A DNA stretch of 63,897 nt, the filler included, from Kipferlia bialata (Eukaryota): assembly GCA_003568945.1 (NCBI GenBank). It is 5 parts of 5 records of this genome, joined end to end, with 100 filler letters (N's around TTAATTAATTAA, not from the genome) between each part and the next. Parts side by side here need not be neighbours in the genome. Positions count along the whole stretch, not along the records: positions 47,958 to 55,570 come from BDIP01000290.1; positions 55,671 to 61,175 come from BDIP01000305.1; positions 61,276 to 63,897 come from BDIP01000387.1; 2 more parts are not named here. One strand, 5' to 3'. The position numbers and the translations under genes are program-made. Shown in pieces: positions 51,857-63,897 of this stretch; within the stretch, counting starts at the first letter, position 1, and the number at the start of each line of letters is the position of its first letter. The notes beneath the pieces were generated by a model that was given only the letters and a program-made list of their open reading frames with translations, was not told the origin of the DNA and did not search any database.

Positions 51857-54800
51857 TCACTCCATGGTTCCGTTGCGTACAGCCTTGAGCTTCTCAGTGG
51901 CAGCCTAATTGTGAGTGTGTTGCTATGATTGATACAAGTATGTTTGATTATCCAGAATAGACAGCCCAGTACCTGGAGGGCGTTGCGGGATCCTGTCAGC
52001 CTCTGGATACGCATTCTGTCCCTGAGGTGAGACGGGACATGATATAAACCTATTGAGCAAGGTAAGAGAAAACAAGAGAGAAATAGTCCAGATATACGAT
52101 GCGATACCTGCTGCTGAGGCACAGAAGGGACGCCAGGCTCTTGTCAGACATGTCGCCTGCGGTTCAGAGTGACGTGTAGGAAGGTTATGATACGTGCCCT
52201 TGGCCATATGTTTATACACTGTGGTTTACCCATACCCATGATGGAGTTGAATCTCTCCTGGATAACGGCTGTGGACTTGGTGTGGTCCAGAGCAATGTCT
52301 GTGATGAAGCGCTGGGTGTGAGGTGGGCATGGTAGATGTAAAGAAATGACATATACTGACTAAATATCTGGAATACCTGTGGGATTGTGTCTGCCAGCCT
52401 CTTACCGGCTGTCTTGAGGTAGGCTCCCACAGTGAAGCCAGTCTGGTGGGACACCTGATGTCAATTGTGAAACAGATACTGAACCTTCGAGGAACATCAG
52501 CAAATACAGCATCACATACCAGCTCAGTGTTGGACATCTCTGCCAGGTTCGCTGTCAGGGATCGGGCGATGCTCCTGGCTGCGGAAGCCTGGTCGGTGAT
52601 GTTGAAGGAACGCTGACTTATGGCTGGCTCTTCCTTGAGAGAAGGCCGATGGGAGTACTGGTAGGTCTGGACATTGTGGGTGGTGGCCCTGGTGTTTGCA
52701 GCTATCTGCTGGCTCAGGAACTGCTCGGTGATGCCGGCCTTCTTGACAAGAAATTCGGTCAGCCGCTTTACATAGGTCTGAGTCTGGGTTAAGAAGGATT
52801 ACAAAGAACACACCACGGTGATGTCAATGGCCCTAACACTGTCTGGCAATGCCAGACTGGCATTAATAAGAATCTTATCCTGACTGACAATACAATCGTA
52901 TGCACACACCTGGTAGTGGTTGTATGTCAGCTGCAGCACTCTCTCAGCACTCACAGCGTTGTTGGCCCCAGCAATGGCAACTGAGGGTGAGTGACTGACA
53001 CCTGCGATTCAGGTGACTGTGTCCAACACCTTCCTACCTGCTTCGATGTCTGTGTATGCCTCGTGAACCACAGTAGCCATCCAGTCACGCACGGCACAGT
53101 CAGGTAGAAGAGCCCTAATCTATGGATGAGAACCAATAATAGCGACATGGCACTATGAGTATCGTTGTGACGAACTACGATGTGTGTGGCAGGAGAGCCA
53201 ATTCTGAAAGAGAGTCTATAGACGACTTACCTCATCCCCAATCACCTCCTTGACTCCGGATGACACCTGATATCAGATAATACCAATTGATTAGAAGAGA
53301 CAGTAGACAGCGAAAGACACAAAATTCACACGACGGGGTACCTCCTCCATGAACAGTGAGAGGTCGTTCTCCATGTGGGTGAGGGTGATGTCCATAACAT
53401 CCTTTAGCACACTAGGAGTAAGAAGAGACACACACAAACACACAATGCATCTTTCAAGGATTTCTCACCTGTCATTGACAAACCCAGGGACCACTAGACC
53501 CTGTCCTGGCAGTGAGTATGAAGTAGAGGGCTGGAGAGGTCCAAATTCTGTTACCCAGAGAGACGAGAACAAACCCAACTTACCCTTCTCCAGCATAGAG
53601 GCAATCTCTGCAATGAACTCTGCCTCAGTGTACTTCTCTGCCTATAGTTAGGAACACTTGTGAGGATAGAGAAGAATATATCTAGAGATAGTATCTATAT
53701 GTAGGAGAACACACCTCAATACCACAGAAGCAGCGGCTCTCTGTGAATAGCTTCTGAACTGCCTTTGCGAACTTCTCGCTCATCTTGTTGAGCTCGTTGG
53801 CGAGGTCATAGTCACCAGGACTGGAGTGGCGGCTGAACCTGGCGTAAGAGGGTTACCAAGAAACAAAACCGATAGATATATGTTACTCACCTTCCGTTGA
53901 GTGCAGTGATCAGCTGGTTCACGAGGTTGTTGAGGTTGTTGCGGGCAACGAAGGGAGAGCGAGTGAACCCGAGGGAGCGCTTGTCGAGCTCAGACAGCTC
54001 GACCTGGATCTGGGGGTAGTTGGGGTATCAGTGCAAAGGCATAGAGTCTACATATACATGATATCTTAGCTGCCCACCTCCTCCAGCTTGGCCTCGACGT
54101 CCTTGGTCACTGCAGGGAGGGTGTCACGGATACGGTCCACAAGCACCTGGGATCATTGAATCAAGAGAGAGGAGGCAGTTGGGTATTAGTGGCGACAAAC
54201 ACAAGTACCATGGTATACACACACACTGTGGTCTTACCTCTGTGACCCTGGCTGCAAAGGCCTCTCTTCCGAGGCAGGCGTTCATCTTGCGGGCCTTGTC
54301 GAAGCGCTTGTTAGCAAAGAACCTGACGTGTAAGAGGAAGTCAGTCAGCAGTTAGGTAGTCATGGGAGTGTATCCACAGAATGGGAGGAACACAAGCACC
54401 TACACCCATACCTGCTCTCTGCCAGAGTGGCACTGTCGTGGGAGTGGCTGGACTGGGGGTTAGAGTCCATGGACATATATAATATGGACAGAGCATACTC
54501 ATATTAGTACCAATCTCCCATAAGCCTGCCTATACCTTGTTTAGCTCCTCCTGAGAGGGGTTGCGCAGGGCACAGAAGCCCAGGTCAAACTGGGTGTGAG
54601 GTCATTGGGAGTAGTGGAGAATCTACTGTTGCATGATGTCTCTTCAAGATAGTGTGTATGGATAGTACCTGGATGAGCCCCTGGTTGGCAAGGAGGGCCG
54701 CAAGGTCAAACTGGCTCTCATCCCACCTGGTATGAGGGGAGATTGAGATACATAGAGGTGAGCAAGGTGGGAGTGAGAGAGACGTGATGCTAGTGTACCT

Positions 54801-55434
54801 GTCTGGCTGTGTGACCAGGCCGATGGTTCTGATGCCCTCGGGGTCAAGCTGCCTGGCAATGTCGAAGGCCTGGGGTGGGGGTCAAGAACAGAAGTTATGC
54901 TCAGTAAGATAGAGACGCACTGCTATATATATATACCTGGCAGGTGGCAGGGTCCACCACTGCAGCATACACGGCCAGGATGATGGATCTCTCACCTGGG
55001 GTTAGAAACAAGGGGAGAGAGTTATTCAATAGGTACACTGAATATGGGTATACTCTCAGATGCACTCACCCTCGGCGTACTGCTTGATCATGTCGAGGAT
55101 CTGGTCCTGGGGTGAGTGGTATTAGGAGGATAAGAGACAAAGAGTAAATCAGGCTCAATGCAATGTCACTCCCTCATTGTCAATGAGATATTTGAGTCAC
55201 TCACCCCGATGTCCTCCGGCTGGTCACCAACGTGGGTCCTAGGGGTGAGGTACAGGTGTTATGATCAAGAAACTAAAGTATATGTATGAAAGTATGAAAG
55301 AAAGAGATGGCATTGAGTGTATAGAGTGATAGGGTTGAGAAGGAGTACCTGGTGATGCCTGGGAGGTCGATGATGGTGAGGTCAGGGACAGAGGGGGACT
55401 GGAGGGATACGATGATGGGCACATTGACCACACC
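51857..55434 (-). CDS. Dynamin-superfamily GTPase, Mx-like (5' truncated)
   Basis: VPDLTIIDLPGITR (G3), GDQPEDI, IILAV, ARQLDPEGIRTIGLVTQPD (G4 region), GFCALRN, GQGLVVPGFVN, TYNHY and the GED-like AYLKTAGKRLADTIPQ. Stop TGA at 51857-51859. Confidence 0.9.
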
Positions 55435-55570
55435 CTGACAGTGAGGGAGTGGTAAGAACTATAATGATACGGGGGAAGGTACACACAGCCACAGGTGAGG
55501 ACAGGCGCAAGAGAGATGAGAGACGAAGAGGGGGGGGGGGGGGGGGGAAGAGGAGGGTCACTCCTCCAAT

Positions 55571-55670
55571 NNNNNNNNNNNNNNNNNNNNNNNNNNNNNN
55601 NNNNNNNNNNNNNNTTAATTAATTAANNNNNNNNNNNNNNNNNNNNNNNNNNNNNNNNNNNNNNNNNNNN
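55571..55670. other. Artificial scaffold linker
   Basis: N44-TTAATTAATTAA-N44. Confidence 0.95.
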
Positions 55671-55731
55671 CCATATTTCTGTCTCTTTTTCCCCCCCCCC
55701 CCCCCTCTATATTGGACTCATCTGACCCCAG

Positions 55732-57874
55732 CAACTCTGACTGTGTGTACACACTTGGGGCCGCAGCCTTCACTGGACCCAGGCAGAACGCCCAGGACCC
55801 TCCCGCCCCTGGTGTGTGTGTTTTCACCCCGGCAGGGAACAGGATTCTGAGGTTAGTTTTGTGTTATCTTACTATTATATATATATATATATATGATTAG
55901 TTTAGCGGGGCGCATGGTGCAGAAGCTCCAACTATGTTGTTGTTCCAGTAGTAGTAGTGTATTAATCTAAGGTCTTTTGTGTTGTCGTTTGGTATTCTTG
56001 TCAAGCCAAGTTGTATTGTTGCTTCTGTCCCTCTAACCCCCAGGTCCCTCCACAACCATGACTTCACCACCTTCCTGGTCCAGGACCGCGAGGCCCCCGA
56101 GGCCGAGCTTATCATCAACGCCGCTATCCGCGTGCTTCTCTCTGGGGTCAGGACCAGAGGCTCCCCTCCTGGGGTTGTGATTGGAGTCTCCCAGCTGGTG
56201 AGTCCCCCCTCCATATTCAAGTATCATTATGCATATTATCTGTCTTTGTATATATGGGACTATCCATACCTCTCTTCTCATCACCAGTTGGCGGCAGCCG
56301 CAGCCATTCAGAGACCCGGCATGAGTGTGTCTGAGTACTACATTGACGCCAATGCCAGGCTGGACGAGGTCAGTCTTGGTCTATATTCCTTCTCACCCCC
56401 GTCTTCTCATATGTTTCATCCGATACTCGCAGTTCCATCTCTCATCTCTAGGCCAAGGTCCACATCCATACCCTGCTGAGCCTCATCCAGAACAGGGACC
56501 TCCACCCCAGGCAGGGCATTGACTACTCTGCACAGATAAGGGCACTGGCTAGGAGGTGAGAGACATATGAATATATGTATATAATGACTCCGACATATCT
56601 ATATACTGGGCCTATCATATGTGGGTGTTCTTGTGTTAGTGTCTTCTTACACCAGGATCGCCGATCTGATGTTTGGGCGACACCTCGGTGAGTACCCCGC
56701 CTCCCCCATGTACTCTGCTGGTGACTGTGTGGAGGTCCAGCTGACTGAGGCCTATGTCGCACCCTACCACAGGCCAGGTGTGCGGAGAGGCGAGTTGGGC
56801 CCTCGTGTAGTGTATGTTGCACACACACGTCAGAGACTGTGGAGCCCAATCCCTGCCATTGAGTGTGTCGAGATTGACAAGGTCGTCAAGCCCGTCAAGC
56901 CCGTGAAGCCCGTGAAGCCCGTCAAGGCTATCAAGGTCGTCAAGGCCGTCAAGGCCGTCACTATCGGCAACGGCCTCGAGGACCTTGCCAAGTCCAAGAC
57001 CGTTGACAGCAACAACATCCTCATCCCCACTGTTAACAAGGAGGTCGTTGACAACGACGTGTACCCCGATGGCACCGCCTTCGACAAGACCATCATCCTC
57101 CCCCGGCGGACTGTTATCCCTGAGCTCCCCAACCCCTACCAGCCCAATCCTGTGCCAAGGCGTGGTGTGATTTGTCCCCAGCCTTCATGCGTCCCTCTGC
57201 CGGCTACCATCACCCAGTCTGCTACTGGAGGAGTGAGGTCGGGTCAGCTCTCGACCCGTCATGTTGAGTACGGCTCCTTTGAGGGCGAGGAGGGCATCGG
57301 TACCCACAACACCATCGAGTCCACAGCCTCTGCTGACTACCCCTCCGCCGGCCACATCCAGCCTAGTGCCCTCTGCTTTCCCACCCAGCCTGTGTGTCTG
57401 GGAGACCCCAACAGTCTAGCCAGAGGGGGTACATTCCCCCCCATGCCTCACGTGAGGCCCGAGGCTGCAGCCAGACAGCGCCCAGACCCCAGCCGCCACC
57501 CTGTAGTGCCTACCTTGAGCGAGAACGGCGGGATGGGAGACACACAGGGCCAGGCCTTGCCCTCTAGTTCCCAGAGGGTTCCCGATGGGGCTGCTGACGT
57601 GTCTCTTGGCTCCTTCCCTCCATGTGTGCCATCCAGTCCCTTTGGCAGTGCTGCTAGCGCACAGACAGGGCCGTATCCCCCTGTCTCTGATGCTAGTGTC
57701 TGGAACGAGCGGGAGGAGGCTCTTTCTGCTGGTCTGGGTCTTGGCGACATTGGGGATGTGGAGTCTACCCCAAGTACCCTCTCTGCCACCTGGTCCGGTT
57801 TCAGGTCTGACAACCTGCGTCCCTCTGAGGAGCCAGTATACTCACTCTCCTTTGCACCCCCTGGCAAGAGGTAG
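55732..57874 (+). CDS. Hypothetical protein (5' truncated) with a ~400-aa terminal exon and a VKP repeat
   Basis: Four short exons splice into the long ORF 56621-57874, which has clear C/G third-position codon bias. Confidence 0.75.
56882..56959 (+). repeat. Coding 9-bp tandem repeat (GTCAAGCCC-like) encoding VKPVKPVKPVKPVKAIKVVKAVKAV
   Basis: Directly visible. Confidence 0.85.
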
Positions 57875-58070
57875 TAGACTGGCAGGGGAGAATGGGGAAG
57901 TTTGAGAGAGGGAGAGATGATTGTTTGTAAGAGTGTAGCAATAGAAGGGCATTGAATCTTTGTTGTTATGTTCAAATGCTTGGAGCCTGCTTCATCCTGA
58001 AACACAGAACCAATTGACCTTGTCATCTATTCCTCAAACTCCAAGAACAGTATCACTGTAGCTGTATGGC

Positions 58071-58863
58071 CTAGGCACGGGAGGTGTCCTCCAGGTTGTA
58101 CTCCTAAGGTCAGTCAACCCAAAGAAGACTAGTATAGCAGATGCTCAAAGAATACACCTGTGGTGTGAGACATCTAGATTCAGGCACTGAACATGATGCC
58201 TAGGTAGACCATGTGTCCCCCTTTCTCCCTTTCTCTCTCTCGTTTACCCCCTTCCCCCCTCTCTCTGTCCCCACACAACCTCTCTCTCTGTCATACACAA
58301 AATGAAAAGATACAAAGATGCCTCTAATACCAATGCCTTAAGTCCGTGTCTCCCTATATATATCAGAATATATCATCTCAATATATCATCTGTATACAGG
58401 CATTCCAATATATACCTGGAAGAATGCCTCCAGTCCCTTTACCATCAGACTCTCTCCCTCTCTCCCTCTCTCCCTCTCTTCCGACACTATATACTACATT
58501 CATGTACTGTATATGCAGTCATACCTGGAAGAATGCCTCGAGTCCGTTCACCATCTCCTCTGCATACTGGGCAAAGGAGTGGAGGTCATGCTGCACCTTG
58601 GCCTGGGGTGAGACACCTATGTGTGTAGAGAGAGAGAGAGACAGAGAGAGGGGGGGAAAGAAGTGCATGTCATGCTGGACATTGTACCGGGAACTAGAAG
58701 GAACACAGGAGTACTATTATACATTAACAATATATATAACATATTAATATTCACTGTATAGACACACACCTTAGTCAGCCCGTCCTTCAGTATCCTGTGC
58801 TCCACACTGGCCTCGGTGGGGACAGCCATGAGACCCACCTGGGTATGAGAGACAGTATATACA

Positions 58864-58894
<31 letters not shown>

Positions 58895-59351
58895 AAGGCA
58901 CAATACAAATAGGACAGCCATGAGACCCACCTGGGTAAGAGGGAGATAGACAGAGAGAGTAAGTACAATACTGAATGGACAGCCATGAGACCGACCTGGG
59001 AGTGAGAGACAATATATACATGGGTATGAGAGAGAGAGAGAGATAGATAGAAGGACAGCCATGAGACCCACCTGGGTATGAGATAGAGAAGGGGGGGGGA
59101 GAAAGAGACAATGGGGGGAGTTATTGTTGTAGTATATACGTATACACACCTTGAACAGACCCCTAGCCATCATGCCGTGGTATGGTATATATATATTGTA
59201 TATATAGTCTATAGCAGTAACAATAGTATATATAGAATAATGGAGAGAATTTATAATAAGCATGTATATATATACATTTGACTTGAACAGACCCCTAGCC
59301 ATCATGCCGTGGTATAGTAAAAATACCTATAACTATATACACTTGTATAAA

Positions 59352-59386
<35 letters not shown>

Positions 59387-59631
59387 GCATATATACATAT
59401 GCATATACCTTGAACAGCCCCCTGGACATCATGCCGTGGTATAGTATATATAAAGTATGTATCAGTATATACATATATCCTTACATAATGACAGAACTAT
59501 CACACCTTGAACAGACCCCTAGCCATCATGCCGTGGTATGGCTTCAGCACAGAGGCATAGCTCTCCTTGGCAATGTCGGGCAGGTCCTAGGGGTGAGCCA
59601 TGTACACAAACACTCATATATATACAGTGAC

Positions 59632-59686
<55 letters not shown>

Positions 59687-61054
59687 TGGGTAGGTGGGGG
59701 GGAGAGAGATACATAGCTCTCCTTGGCAATGTCAGGCAGGTCCTGCAGTGAGTAGGAGTGAGTGGGAGGGTTGGGGCCGGAACCTTCTGTGTCCACAGGA
59801 TGTGCACATACATACATATATATATATATATATACACAATAATAGAGATATATATATATATATATATCTACTCTGTCAACATATGTATATATATATACCT
59901 TCTCTGTGTCCACATAGCCATGGCAGAAGGCCACTGAAAACTCTAATATATATACTATATCTATATATATACTATCTCTGTCTCTACATATATATATGTA
60001 TACATATATATATATACATACACACCTTCTCTGTGTCGACATAGCCATGGCAGAAGGCCACTGCAAACTCGATGGAGCGTCTGAGCCACAGGAGGGCGAT
60101 GGTGGCACTGTTCTAGGGTGAGAGGTATACAGAGGCTAATAACAATATAGGCACATATCTATATCATGCGTATGATATAGCTAAGTGCACTATATGTTGG
60201 GCGATGGTGGCACTGTTCTAGTGTAAGACAATATAGATGCTGATTAATGTATATGTAGGGAGAGAGCACTACGGCGATGGTGTACTGAAGGGGAGACAGG
60301 GCGTTACGTATGAGATCAAGAGACAGACAGAAATATAGAGAGAGAGAGTACCCTGACCTTGGGGTGGGGTGCCACTGTGCCGTCCTTGGTCTCAGCCAGC
60401 ACAAGGGCCTGGTGTGAGAAAGGGAGTATGCACACAACACATACTAAAATATACACACATATATATATATATATATATATAAGAGAAAGAGACTCCGTCC
60501 TATGTCACTGCAAGATTACCAGGGAAAGAGTGTGAGTCTCCGGTAAATTCATAATTGAATCCAACAGGCACCTAAGCAGTCATATATATGCGTAGTATGC
60601 ACATACACATAAATATCCATACCTCCACAGATGTGGCCTCGGGGTGGAGGGCGGAGGCCTCCTGGGGTGAGAGGACAGAGACACAATCTCTATACCAGTT
60701 GGAACATGATATATATATGGTATTTTTTTTGGGGGGGGGAGGGGGGGAGAGAAAGAGAGAAAGAGAGAGATAGAACAGTACCTTGATCTTGGCGATGTTG
60801 CCATTGACATCGAGGGACAGGGGTCTGAAGGCAGTGATGCCAAAGCCCTTGGGACCAAAGAGACCTGGGAGTCAGATTGGGAAGATAGAGAGAATAAGCT
60901 GTGAATGGAATAGGAGAGAGGGTGTGTGGGGTGTATAGGGAGAGAGACAGGCCTGCGCAGAGAGTTGTTGGCAGAGAATAGTTGAAGGTACAGTCCTACC
61001 TGCAATCTCTGTGGCACACTTGAGCAGGGACTGGATGTCATGGTAGCCAGTGCC
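58071..61054 (-). CDS. GLTP: Glycolipid transfer protein (GLTP-domain), 5' truncated
   Basis: AFRPLSLDVNGNIAKIK, SATIALLWLRRSIEF and ESYASVLKPYHGMMARGLFK|VGLMAVP carry the D..GN..K, LLWL.R and Y...L..YHG motifs of GLTP. Last exon is EYNLEDTSRA*. Confidence 0.88.
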
Positions 61055-61175
61055 CTAGGTATTAGAGAGAGAGAGAGAAGAGAGAGGGAGAGGTGACATG
61101 GGAAGTGACAAGAAGAGAAGCGAGGAGAGGGAAGGGGGGGGGGGGGGGGGGGGAAGGGGGGGCACCAACGCCCCG

Positions 61176-61275
61176 NNNNNNNNNNNNNNNNNNNNNNNNN
61201 NNNNNNNNNNNNNNNNNNNTTAATTAATTAANNNNNNNNNNNNNNNNNNNNNNNNNNNNNNNNNNNNNNNNNNNN
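61176..61275. other. Artificial scaffold linker
   Basis: N44-TTAATTAATTAA-N44. Confidence 0.95.
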
Positions 61276-61331
61276 CCCCTTTTTCTTTCTCCCCCCCCCC
61301 CCCCCCCCCCCCCCTTCCTTCCTCACCCCAG

Positions 61332-61428
61332 GAGCCGCTCCTTCCAGCGCGGTGACTGGTTCCCCACCCCCCAGGTGCCCAGGAAGATCGTGTCCTCCAG
61401 GCCCGCCAGCCCCGGCAGGCAGAAGTGA
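61332..61428 (+). CDS. Terminal exon of a truncated gene (SRSFQRGDWFPTPQVPRKIVSSRPASPGRQK*)
   Basis: CTCACCCCAG acceptor followed by a GC-rich open frame to TGA. Confidence 0.5.
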
Positions 61429-61947
61429 GAGAGACAGAGAGAGTGTGAGAGAGAGATTCCCCCTCTCTACATATGCCCATGCTAACCTCTCCCCCTTTCT
61501 CGGTTGGCTTGGGTCTTGAGATGGTATTTACCTTTTATTTACTCCTTCCCGGTGTGTGTGTCGGGCTGCCGTTGCGTCGGTTTTCTGTGACGGTCTTTAG
61601 TGTGTGTGTGAGGAAGAGAGAGAGAGAGAGAGAGAGAGAGATACACTCTGATCAGCACGCTCAGGGTAGTCCTGAGTGGTTGACAGACTTATTTATATGG
61701 CGTTGCCTTTTTGATACTTATGCAGAGAATAGAGCTATTCGTGTGCAACTAGGTCTGTCAATTGTAGCAGAGTTCTCTTTCCCTTCGTATGCATACGTTA
61801 ACGTCAAACACTACTCATGACTCTGTCACAGAGTCTGTGTCTATTCCAATACGATTCATACAGGCCCTCTCACTGTGGCTGCCCCCCCCCCATCCATCCC
61901 ACTATACTACAGTCGGCAGGTGGGAGGGTATCTCCCTCCCCCCCCCC

Positions 61948-63169
61948 TTACTTCCCCTTCTGCAGTGCCGACACTGCCTCACTCAGGCTGGACTGGGGTG
62001 AGGGAGGATATATACACATATATACATATCCATGTGTATATTTATGTATTAACTATGAATATACACACACATATATATATATACATCAGTCTATATATAT
62101 ATCCATGTGCCTCACTCACGCTGGACTGGGGTGAGGGAGGATATACACACACACACATATATATATATATCAATATATGTGTATATATATATACATACCT
62201 CGAGTGCCTTCCTGTCACTCTGCATGTGTGTCTGGTTGGACTTGACAATGCCATCCAGGGTGGCCTGCATCCTAGGAGTTAAAATATATATATAGAGAGA
62301 GGGGGAGGTATATATAGAGGGTATATAGGGTGGCCTCTCTGTACCTGGGTATGTCCTTGAGAGCTGTCATATATATCCATATATATATCCATATATATCC
62401 ATATCTCTCTATATAATTATCTATCCATACCTGACATATATCCATATTAATACATTCATATACCCATATATGTATTCCATCCATACCTGGGTATGTCCTT
62501 GAGTGCTGTGCCAATGTCCCTGGAGGCAGAGGCCTTGGCCTAGAGTGAGCAAGGGAGAGAGAGAGAGAGAGAGAGAGAGAGGGAAGGGTAAATGTCCCTG
62601 GAGGCAGAGGCATTGGCCTTGAGTGAGAGGGATACATAGAGTATATACCAAGGGGAGGAGGGACATCCAAGGAGAGAGAGAGAGAGACAACATGTTTATG
62701 ACTCTTGAGGGTGAGATCTGGGTGGAGAGGTACACCAACACACACCCACTTGGAGAGGAACGCACAGAGAGAGAATGGACATGGAGGGGGGGGGGGGTAT
62801 CGTGTAGGAGGAGGACAGTCTCACCATACTGTTACGTGCAAGACCAGCGTAGCACCAGGGTAAGGACATGTAGAATACATAGATTCACACCAGGACACAC
62901 CAACAGCATCAGCATCGGGCTGTATCCATACCTTTGAGTGCTGTGCCAGCACTGCATTAAGGCCCTTGCTCAGATCTCTGGAGGGGTCCCTGTCCCACAG
63001 GGGCACGGCTGGGTATGAGGTACAATGCAGGTACACATACAGTCATGATGCTTACAGTTTAATCAATATCCTATCCTATACGTCCCCAGCTCTGTACCGA
63101 CACTACTCACACATGTATCCCACCTGTACTCGCAGTGATGTCAGCGCAGATCTTGTCAAAGGACTCCAT
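61948..63169 (-). CDS. Small helical hypothetical protein (multi-exon)
   Basis: MESFDKICADITAST|AVPLWDRDPSRDLSKGLNAVLAQHSK|AKASASRDIGTALKDIPR|MQATLDGIVKSNQTHMQSDRKALE|SSLSEAVSALQKGK*, with compatible phases. Start and end are uncertain. Confidence 0.55.
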
Positions 63170-63342
63170 AGCAGTATCGCTCCCACAGTGCCTTAGAAAG
63201 AGAGAAAGAGAGAGAGATCTCAAAGCAACTCAGTCTACCATTGCGGCTTAGTTGGATTGAGTAGCATCCAGAGTGTGCCGTGGCACGGTTTTCTACACCC
63301 TTTCCCCAAACACTCAAACACCCCTACACCCTTTCTCAGAGG

Positions 63343-63565
63343 TCACTCAGCCTTGACAGTTGTCTCCCGCTTTCCTTGGTGACTGCAGTACATACCAGTA
63401 CTGACCACACACAAGAAGACTTCAGCAACAGGTCCCGCTAGGGCTGCGCTAGCCTCCTGAGTGAGAGAGAGGCGCGAAGGTGGGTTCCTGAATATATTTG
63501 GGAAATTATCAGTAATACTACACACACCTCCTCTGGTAGAAATGGTGTAATTCTATCTCTCTCAT
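63343..63565 (-). CDS. Possible small histone-fold-like protein
   Basis: MREIELHHFYQR|RNPPSRLSLTQEASAALAGPVAEVFLCVVSTGMYCSHQGKRETTVKAE resembles histone-fold helix 2 and loop 2 by eye only. Confidence 0.3.
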
Positions 63566-63837
63566 TATGCATTGGTGTTACGGGGGATGGTGTGGGGTTA
63601 TACTTCGAGGTTTCGTGTCCTCTCCCGTCATTTACGTGGTTATGGTTGTATTGATATTGATCTCATTCTGTTGGGTCAAGAAACTGTATTCAGTCACCGT
63701 CCCTCCACTATCATCTCCTCCCCATAGACACAAGCCCTCTGCCTGATAATACCTTGGTAGGGGGTCAAGTTGCTTTGTTTGCGTTGGGAAACTGAATATT
63801 TGTCCATGATCCATACTATATCGATATATATATTCAG

Positions 63838-63889
<52 letters not shown>

Positions 63890-63897
63890 TTCTCCCG

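Noticed and set aside
61948..63169. COG7 N-terminus assignment
   Set aside because: Only a vague resemblance (TALKDIPR) and the protein appears too short
725..63814. Most short ORFs rich in YI, SL, ER or CV dipeptides
   Set aside because: They are translations of intronic (TA)n, (GA)n and (CA)n microsatellites
1..63897. Autonomous transposon or viral genes
   Set aside because: I recognised no transposase, reverse transcriptase, integrase or capsid motifs

Overview
Eukaryotic, intron-rich genomic DNA with introns full of (TA)n/(GA)n/(CA)n microsatellites. The branch point is fused to the 3' splice site (CT[A/C/G]AC-N3-5-AG), which suggests a metamonad/fornicate protist such as Kipferlia (inference). 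The window joins at least 5 scaffolds with artificial 100-bp N44-TTAATTAATTAA-N44 linkers. Most ORFs in the supplied track are microsatellite noise, so I rebuilt genes exon by exon by hand. They are: a tRNA-Pro 3' half; DNA primase large subunit; diphthine-ammonia ligase with RidA-like domains; an Sm-like + class II-type nucleotidyltransferase + LRR protein; an LRRC45-like protein; a four-member tandem family of unknown function with a conserved palindromic upstream element; an Mx-like dynamin; a glycolipid transfer protein; and several hypothetical genes. The most striking feature is that many introns are arrays of partial exon copies. Acceptor-half copies sit upstream of the complete exon and donor-half copies sit downstream. 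In the arrays I compared codon by codon, the copies differ mostly by synonymous substitutions, which neutral decay of junk duplicates does not predict.
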